The notes under the pieces are model-generated. The model did no database searches. It was not told the origin of the DNA and was given only the letters and a program-made list of their open reading frames with translations. The position numbers were made by a program, and so were the translations under genes. DNA of 64,000 nucleotides from Candidatus Micrarchaeota archaeon (GTDB lineage: Archaea; B1Sed10-29; WALL01; WAMD01). Positions within the stretch are counted from its first letter, which is position 1. Each line of letters starts with the position of its first letter. Below are positions 58,119 through 64,000 of the stretch, piece by piece. The stretch covers positions 89,216 through 153,215 of the forward strand of contig CAZZDL010000001.1 of assembly GCA_964652335.1 (NCBI GenBank). Reading direction: 5' to 3'.

Positions 58119-60458
58119 ATGTCAAAAAAAGAAATAATACTAAAGGTTGCAGAGGCCTTCAGATCAGACGCTGGAAGAGGGATAGTTAGACTGGATACAG
58201 AATCTAGGAGAGCCTTAGGCGTAATGTCTGGAGATATAGTAAAGATCACTGGGAAGAGGGAGACAGCAGCCATAGTTTGGCAGGCTCATCCACAAGACGA
58301 AGGATTGGGTATAATAAGAATGGATGGAATCCTCAGACAGAACGCAGACGTCAGCATTGGAGACAAGGTGAAGATAGAAAAATTTGAGCCACAGGAGGCA
58401 ACTAAAGTAGTCCTTGCTCCTAGCCAACCGATAAGATTTTCTCCAGGATTTGAAGATTATGTTAGGAACAGAATTTTAGGGAGGCCGGTTGCAAAGGGTG
58501 ATAGAGTCTTAATTGGCGTTTTTGGCCAATCCTTGATGCTAATGGTTGTTAATACAAAGCCAAGAGGGATTGTCCAAATAGGTGAAAAGACGATTATCCA
58601 GCTTAAAACAGAACCGGTTAAGGAGTTGGCAGGGGTTCCTCAAGTTACATACGAAGATATAGGTGGATTGAAGGAGGCCATTCAGAGAGTTAGAGAAATG
58701 ATTGAGATACCGATGAAGCATCCGGAATTATTTGAGAAGCTAGGTATAGAGCCTCCTAAAGGAGTCCTGCTTTATGGCCCTCCAGGAACAGGAAAGACCC
58801 TTTTAGCCAAAGCAGTCGCCAATGAAACAGATGCGCATTTTATAGCTCTGAATGGACCTGAGATAATGAGTAAGTTCGTTGGAGAAGCAGAGGAGAGGCT
58901 TAGACAGATATTTAAGGAAGCCCAGGACAATGCTCCAGCAATAATATTCATAGATGAGATTGACGCTATAGCTCCAAAGAGAGAGGAAACAGTTGGAGAA
59001 GTTGAAAGAAGGGTAGTTGCTCAGCTTCTTGCCTTAATGGATGGTTTGCAGTCTAGAGGGCAAGTGGTTGTAATAGCCGCAACAAATAGACCAAATGCTC
59101 TTGATCCAGCATTAAGAAGGCCAGGGAGATTTGACAGGGAGATAGAGATAGGTGTTCCTGATAGGAATGGAAGGAAGGAGATTTTACAGATACATACAAG
59201 GAACATGCCAATAGAACCAGACTACAATAAGAAGCTAGTCATTGAGGAATTAAAGAAGCTAAAGCTTGATGACAAGGTGAAAAAGAAAGTAATAAAAGAA
59301 GTTGAGGGAGCTAAGAGAGGAGAGATTTCCAAAGCATTGAAGAAGCTTCCATCCAATATCAGAGAAGAACTACATAGAAAATTAGTTGACAAGCTATTGG
59401 AGGAGTTAGCGGACAAGACATATGGATTTGTTGGAGCTGACCTTGCTGCATTATGCAAGGAGGCTGCTATGAAGGCATTAAGAAGGATACTTCCGAAGAT
59501 AGATCTTGAAAAGGAGGAGATTCCAAAGGAGATCCTTGAGTCTTTACATGTAACAAAGGATGATTTCCTAAATGCTCTACGCGAAATACAACCTTCTGCA
59601 ATGAGGGAAGTGCTAGTGGAGGTTCCAAAGGTCAGGTGGTCAGACATTGGAGATCTGGACGAAGCTAAGCAAGAGCTTAAAGAGGCGGTGGAATGGCCAT
59701 TGAAATATCCACAAATGTTTGATAGAATGGGAATAAGACCGCCAAGCGGCATACTCCTGTTTGGACCTCCTGGAACAGGAAAGACCCTGTTAGCCAAAGC
59801 AGTCGCCAATGAGTCCGGAGCCAATTTCATAGCTGTAAAAGGCCCAGAGCTGTTGAGCAAGTGGGTAGGTGAAAGTGAAAAGGGAGTCAGAGAAATATTT
59901 AGGAAAGCTAGGCAAGTAGCTCCATGTGTTATCTTTTTTGATGAGATAGATGCGATAGCTCCAAGAAGAGGAATGTATGAAGGGAGCCATGTCACAGAAA
60001 GCGTGGTTAATCAATTGCTAACTGAGATGGATGGTATTGAAGATACCAGAGGAGTTGTAGTTCTAGGAGCCACAAACAGACCTGACTTGATAGATCCAGG
60101 CCTTCTAAGACCAGGAAGGTTTGATAGATTAATCATGGTCCCTGCCCCAGACAAAAAGGGAAGGCTAGAGATATTCAAAGTGCATACAAGGAAGGTCCCG
60201 TTGGCAAAGGATGTTAGCTTAGAAAAACTAGCAAAGGAGACAGAGGGTTACTCTGGAGCAGACATTGAAGCATTGGTCAGAGAGGCTGTAATGACTGCAT
60301 TGAGGGAAAACAAAGAAGCAAAGGAAGTGAAAATGAAACATTTCAAGAAAGCAATGGAAAAGGTTAGACCGAGCATAAAAGAGGATTATATGAAGAGATA
60401 TCAGATGTTCCTTGAAGGCTACAGGAAGACGAAGGAAGATCTAGGATACTATGGCTGA
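58119..60458 (+). CDS. cdc48: CDC48/VAT AAA+ ATPase (two AAA domains)
   Basis: two [17 protein letters not shown] Walker A motifs, two [12 protein letters not shown] Walker B motifs, N-terminal double-psi barrel region. Confidence 0.85.
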   Translation: MSKKEIILKVAEAFRSDAGRGIVRLDTESRRALGVMSGDIVKITGKRETAAIVWQAHPQDEGLGIIRMDGILRQNADVSIGDKVKIEKFEPQEATKVVLAPSQPIRFSPGFEDYVRNRILGRPVAKGDRVLIGVFGQSLMLMVVNTKPRGIVQIGEKTIIQLKTEPVKELAGVPQVTYEDIGGLKEAIQRVREMIEIPMKHPELFEKLGIEPPKGVLLYGPPGTGKTLLAKAVANETDAHFIALNGPEIMSKFVGEAEERLRQIFKEAQDNAPAIIFIDEIDAIAPKREETVGEVERRVVAQLLALMDGLQSRGQVVVIAATNRPNALDPALRRPGRFDREIEIGVPDRNGRKEILQIHTRNMPIEPDYNKKLVIEELKKLKLDDKVKKKVIKEVEGAKRGEISKALKKLPSNIREELHRKLVDKLLEELADKTYGFVGADLAALCKEAAMKALRRILPKIDLEKEEIPKEILESLHVTKDDFLNALREIQPSAMREVLVEVPKVRWSDIGDLDEAKQELKEAVEWPLKYPQMFDRMGIRPPSGILLFGPPGTGKTLLAKAVANESGANFIAVKGPELLSKWVGESEKGVREIFRKARQVAPCVIFFDEIDAIAPRRGMYEGSHVTESVVNQLLTEMDGIEDTRGVVVLGATNRPDLIDPGLLRPGRFDRLIMVPAPDKKGRLEIFKVHTRKVPLAKDVSLEKLAKETEGYSGADIEALVREAVMTALRENKEAKEVKMKHFKKAMEKVRPSIKEDYMKRYQMFLEGYRKTKEDLGYYG

Positions 60459-61045
60459 GGTTTTTCAGGCTTCTTTAGAACCAAATATATTTTTCTTTTC
60501 TTTGGATTTTTTGGATTATCTATTGCAAACTCTCCTTCAAATCCCTGTGAAACGAATGCCTTTCCAACTGCAATCATGTCCTTTTCTGATTTTGGGTAAA
60601 ACTGTATTACAGCAGATCCACCGGGTTTCAAAACACGGAAGAACTCCTTGGCTACTTTCTTTAAGTCTTTTCTTTCTATCCATTGCAATGCAGATATTGA
60701 TAATATTCCGTCAAAGCTCTCATCTTCAAACGGTATGTCTCTCATGTCAGCTAGCTTGACGTTCAGCTTTTTCCTCTTCGCTTCTTCAATCATTTTTTTT
60801 GATAGGTCTATACCTACAGTTTCAAATCCTTTTTCAATTAACACTTCCATTGAGAATCCAGGACCACAACCAACGTCAAGAATCTTTGCATTCTTTTTCC
60901 AATCGGCTAGCTCCAATGCCCTTAGAGTTATTCTTTTTTGTATTGTTTTTATCGCATTAGATTGTGAGTATGCTTCAGCGTGCTTGTCAAAGTATTCATC
61001 TGCGGTGGTTTCCTCTTCTGGCCTCTTCTTTTTTACCTTCCACAT
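60449..61045 (-). CDS. class I SAM-dependent methyltransferase
   Basis: ILDVGCGPG motif. Confidence 0.65.
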   Translation of the reverse strand: MWKVKKKRPEEETTADEYFDKHAEAYSQSNAIKTIQKRITLRALELADWKKNAKILDVGCGPGFSMEVLIEKGFETVGIDLSKKMIEEAKRKKLNVKLADMRDIPFEDESFDGILSISALQWIERKDLKKVAKEFFRVLKPGGSAVIQFYPKSEKDMIAVGKAFVSQGFEGEFAIDNPKNPKKRKIYLVLKKPEKPQP

Positions 61046-61053
61046 TTCTATCC

Positions 61054-61626
61054 CTAGAACAATGTTAGTAGCATAAATCCAGGAATTGCAATACTGATCA
61101 GCCAGACCACTGGATTCCAGAGCATTACCTTACTTCCATCTAGAGGGGGAAATGGGAGTAGATTAAAGGATGCTAAGAACAGGTTCGTCCAAGCTCCATA
61201 TACACCTATCAGTGCCAAGGTCTTTATTCCAGAAAAAACTAGGCCTAAAAATAGTATCCCCAATATTATGTTCACTGCTGGCCCTGCTATGCTGATTATG
61301 CCGTTTTCTCTTCTTGTTATTGGCCTGCCACCTATGTATACCGCTCCAGGCGCAGCGAACACGAATCTTCCACCACTCGCTAGTGCCATGCCTAGAGCTA
61401 GAATTAGCCCAGGGATCCAAGCCCTGTAAAAGGCGTGAAGGCCAAACATTCTAGCCACAGTCCTATGACCTAGCTCGTGGAATATAAATCCTAGTCCCAA
61501 AACAAAGAGGAGTATTGCAAAATCTCTGAAGAACCTATCTATTCCCAAGTATATAGAGTCTATTGAGAATGCCAAAGTAATGGTTATCCATGACACTACA
61601 AGATGAACAATCTCTGTCTTTTCCAT
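61054..61626 (-). CDS. site-2 protease family (M50) membrane metalloprotease
   Basis: HELGH and NLLPFPPLDG motifs within TM segments. Confidence 0.7.
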   Translation of the reverse strand: MEKTEIVHLVVSWITITLAFSIDSIYLGIDRFFRDFAILLFVLGLGFIFHELGHRTVARMFGLHAFYRAWIPGLILALGMALASGGRFVFAAPGAVYIGGRPITRRENGIISIAGPAVNIILGILFLGLVFSGIKTLALIGVYGAWTNLFLASFNLLPFPPLDGSKVMLWNPVVWLISIAIPGFMLLTLF

Positions 61627-61727
61627 GGCAAGAATTTTAGTGAAGTGATGTTTATATTAATAGCTTTCTTGCCACTGGTAGAAATCTTTAAATAAATCAT
61701 TTTCTCCAAGCTAATTGGGGGAGAGGT

Positions 61728-61904
61728 ATGGATGACCATGGTCAAGTATCTGCTGAGTTTTTGGTTTTAATGGCTGCAGTCTTAGCTTTGGCAACCCTTG
61801 TTGTAACCCACCTATACACAACAAGCAAGGATTTTACACGATCCAGCTTTGATTCTACAAACAAGGCAATAAAGACGATAAAGAAAATGAATGGAGGTAA
61901 ATAG
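61728..61904 (+). CDS. Flp-like mini-pilin (58 aa), not in the ORF track
   Basis: translation MDDHGQVSAEFLVLMAAVLALATLVV...; preceded by GGGGGAGAGG. Confidence 0.6.
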   Translation: MDDHGQVSAEFLVLMAAVLALATLVVTHLYTTSKDFTRSSFDSTNKAIKTIKKMNGGK

Positions 61905-61916
61905 GGGGAGAGGATT

Positions 61917-62087
61917 ATGGATGACAAAGGGCAAGTATCTGCTGAAATGCTTGTTCTAATGGCCGCTGTCCTGGCGGTAGCATGGCTAGTCCTTTCAAGC
62001 ATGAGCAGTACAGCTAAATCAAGCACAGAGACAGTAAACAGGACGACTGGAAAGATCCTAGACAAGATAGAAAAAATGACTGGTTAA
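61917..62087 (+). CDS. Flp-like mini-pilin paralogue (56 aa), not in the ORF track
   Basis: translation MDDKGQVSAEMLVLMAAVLAVAWLVL...; the same GGGGGAGAGG RBS-like element upstream. Confidence 0.6.
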   Translation: MDDKGQVSAEMLVLMAAVLAVAWLVLSSMSSTAKSSTETVNRTTGKILDKIEKMTG

Positions 62088-62088
62088 A

Positions 62089-62469
62089 ATGAAGGCACAA
62101 ACTAGCCTAGAATTCCTAGTGGTGCTTGCTGCCATGCTCTCTTTCCTAGCTGTCTGGGTAGGCATGGCAGCAAGCACAGGGTCAAGGATTTCTTCTAGCC
62201 TTGACTCTAGGGACGTTTCTCTGGCAGTGAAGACCTTGGCTAGTGACGCTGATTCCATTTGCCTAATGGCTGTTGGTTCTAGGATAGAAGTAGAATTGAT
62301 ATTTCCTGTTGAAACAGAGTTGGCTGCAAATGGGAATAACTTAGTCGCTAGCTGGGGGAACGAAAGTGTATCCTACCCAACGAGGTGTAAAGTATTTACA
62401 AGGAAGGTTGTATATGGCAATGAAAAATTCACTTTGGAGAGAGGGTTACTTGGCGTCTACATAACCTAA
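62089..62469 (+). CDS. pilin-like protein with class III signal
   Basis: MKA then QTSLEFLVVLAAMLSFLAV (Gln+1, Glu+5). Confidence 0.55.
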   Translation: MKAQTSLEFLVVLAAMLSFLAVWVGMAASTGSRISSSLDSRDVSLAVKTLASDADSICLMAVGSRIEVELIFPVETELAANGNNLVASWGNESVSYPTRCKVFTRKVVYGNEKFTLERGLLGVYIT

Positions 62470-62801
62470 TAGCCAAAGTAAAAATAGACATCCTCGGGCT
62501 TATCTCCAGAGAAATCTACTCTGCGTATGACAAATACATTTTTAGGATTTTCCCATTTCACTTTTGTCTCAATTCCGTTTCTAATTATTTTCATCTGAAG
62601 GTCTGGATTCGTGGCTTCTAGTATAATCCTTGCCTCTGATGTAGACAACCCCAAATCAAGTATTATCTCTGATATATCACTCCCTTGCTTGTATGCAACT
62701 GCTTTGTCTAGATTCACATTGTAAACTGGTCTAGCTAGAATCACTACAAGTATAAGTAATGATATTACTGCTTCAATTGTGAATGATGCCCTGCTACCCA
62801 T
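62466..62801 (-). CDS. pilin-like protein (start moved to the internal Met MGSRA)
   Basis: MGSRA then SFTIEAVISLLILVVIL. Confidence 0.4.
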   Translation of the reverse strand: MGSRASFTIEAVISLLILVVILARPVYNVNLDKAVAYKQGSDISEIILDLGLSTSEARIILEATNPDLQMKIIRNGIETKVKWENPKNVFVIRRVDFSGDKPEDVYFYFGY

Positions 62802-62802
62802 T

Positions 62803-63207
62803 TTATACTTTAAGATAAATGATATTTCCATCTTCATCCATAACCACCCTGGTTACTGAGCCGTTTCCGCAAACGGTGCAATTTTTTGAATTCACAAATC
62901 CGAGCTTGGCTAGTCTTTCTCTGGATATCCTTTGGGGTATGACCACCATTCTATCCTTGGAGAAAATAGCGGCCCCTGTTAAATGGTTGTTTATTATCAA
63001 ATCGGATCTCACAATAGACTCAGCCTGACTCCTTACCATTGACGCCGAGTTAGCGATTATAGTAGTATGGATCAAGAGTTGAGTCAGTCCAATTGAAATT
63101 GTCATTATGGTTATTATCATCCATATCTGAGCGTCAATCATCCGTATACCTCCTATAGCTTGTGTTACCAATCCCAGTTGCCCAATCGTCTTTGGAAAGC
63201 AGTTCAC
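62803..63207 (-). CDS. hypothetical protein with an N-terminal hydrophobic segment, in the pilin operon
   Basis: IWMIITIMTISIGLTQLLI; operon context. Confidence 0.35.
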   Translation of the reverse strand: MNCFPKTIGQLGLVTQAIGGIRMIDAQIWMIITIMTISIGLTQLLIHTTIIANSASMVRSQAESIVRSDLIINNHLTGAAIFSKDRMVVIPQRISRERLAKLGFVNSKNCTVCGNGSVTRVVMDEDGNIIYLKV

Positions 63208-63352
63208 CTACATTTATTTCTGTGGATTTGTAGCTTATCCTAGTAACTGGGAGAATTGCAGATACGAAAATGAACACAGCCACAAGGATGATTACAATCA
63301 CAAAAAGGGTTTCAATGCTTACCTGTCCCCTCTTCCCTCTCATACCAGACAC
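63134..63352 (-). CDS. pilin with class III signal
   Basis: MRGKRG then QVSIETLFVIVIILVAVFIFV (Gln+1, Glu+5). Confidence 0.55.
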   Translation of the reverse strand: MSGMRGKRGQVSIETLFVIVIILVAVFIFVSAILPVTRISYKSTEINVGELLSKDDWATGIGNTSYRRYTDD

Positions 63353-63764
63353 CTCCTTTTATGGTGAAGTTCGTTTCTCCAGTTAGGATTATCCCATAGT
63401 TGGATATATTTTCCGCAGGCCTGAGTATTGTCTTCCCGTTCACTATATCAATATTTATCTTTGCTACTCTTCCAGAAGCAAGATCCCCAACAAATATCTT
63501 AAATCCCCTACTCACCCAGTATTCAGTCCAACGCTTAGAATATTCCTTACATAACTCAGGTGATTTTTCACAATGCATGGCCATCTGGGAAAATGTCCTG
63601 TATATATCGTTTTGTAGGTTCAGCTGGGATTGTCTTTCTATTAATCCTAATTCAAGCTTTTTTGCATCTTCAACAAGCTTTGTTTCCACTACTAGCAACT
63701 GGACAAAGCACAGAACGAAGATCAAAACTAATATAAAACTGAATCCCTTCATCCTCTCCCCCAT
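63312..63764 (-). CDS. pilin-like or signal-anchored protein, first gene of the minus-strand pilin operon
   Basis: MKG then FSFILVLIFVLCFVQLLVV. Confidence 0.4.
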   Translation of the reverse strand: MGERMKGFSFILVLIFVLCFVQLLVVETKLVEDAKKLELGLIERQSQLNLQNDIYRTFSQMAMHCEKSPELCKEYSKRWTEYWVSRGFKIFVGDLASGRVAKINIDIVNGKTILRPAENISNYGIILTGETNFTIKGGVWYEREEGTGKH

Positions 63765-63840
63765 ATTTTCTGGGCAAAAGCTTTATAAAAAGATTAGCTC
63801 AAAATTAACTAGCTTTTTGACTATTGATGAGGGATAAGGA

Positions 63841-64000
63841 TGGGATCAGACGAACTTAGAAAGACAAGGGAAAAGATGGCAGAAGTTACATCCAGGATAA
63901 GAAGACTTAGATCCAAGGTTAGAGAACTTAAGCAAAAGAGAGACAAGGCAAATGAAAAGGTAAAAGAGCTAAAGGAGAAGAGAGACAAGGCAAATGCAGA
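63841..64000 (+). CDS. partial CDS (5' end only): K/E/R-rich coiled-coil protein running off the window
   Basis: MGSDELRKTREKMAEVTSRIRRLRSKVRELKQKRDKANEKVKELKEKRDKANA... Confidence 0.35.

Noticed and set aside
61742-62258. Minus-strand ORFs 61742-62065 and 62058-62258 in the six-frame track
   Set aside because: They run antisense to three well-formed plus-strand pilin and mini-pilin genes that have RBS-like elements and conserved class III N-termini. The minus-strand products have no motifs.
1-64000. CRISPR arrays, rRNA genes, IS elements and transposases
   Set aside because: There are no regularly spaced direct repeats, no long non-coding gaps (the largest is about 230 bp, holding the tRNA), and no transposase- or integrase-like ORFs in any frame.

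Overview
This is a dense, AT-rich archaeal chromosomal segment. The archaeal assignment rests on PCNA, RFC small subunit, RadB, aEF-1beta, Elp3, a class-I CCA enzyme, Pelota/ABCE1, CDC48 and a solo Rad50. Arginine codons are mostly AGA/AGG. Most genes are housekeeping: translation (asnS, thrS, cca, EF-1beta, pelota, ABCE1), tRNA modification (tsaC, Elp3, a MiaB-like methylthiotransferase, a TYW3-like protein), replication and repair (PCNA, RFC, Rad50, RadB, TopA), and central metabolism (ppdK, pyrG, pcm). One tRNA-Arg(GCG) was found; there is no rRNA and no CRISPR array. The accessory content consists of four parts. First, a complete Tad/Flp-like archaeal type IV pilus locus at 35031-41837: a TadA/FlaI-like ATPase, two single-domain TadB/TadC-like membrane proteins, a major pilin, a prepilin peptidase and four minor pilins. 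It also contains a 56-aa Flp-like pilin gene that the ORF track missed. Second, a further pilin gene cluster at 61728-63764, which includes two more tandem sub-60-aa Flp-like mini-pilin genes with the same MDDxGQ.S.E motif. Third, an orphan paralogous secretion ATPase at 23310-24749 and a pilin-type (class III) signal-peptide adhesin with FG-GAP repeats at 15465-17924. Fourth, two unusual enzyme loci. One is a domain-permuted PEP-utilizing phosphotransferase plus an unknown protein immediately upstream of ppdK. The other is an operon of a completely cysteine-free, glycyl-motif-free ATP-cone NrdD-like protein with a radical-SAM activase-like protein and a 2H phosphoesterase.
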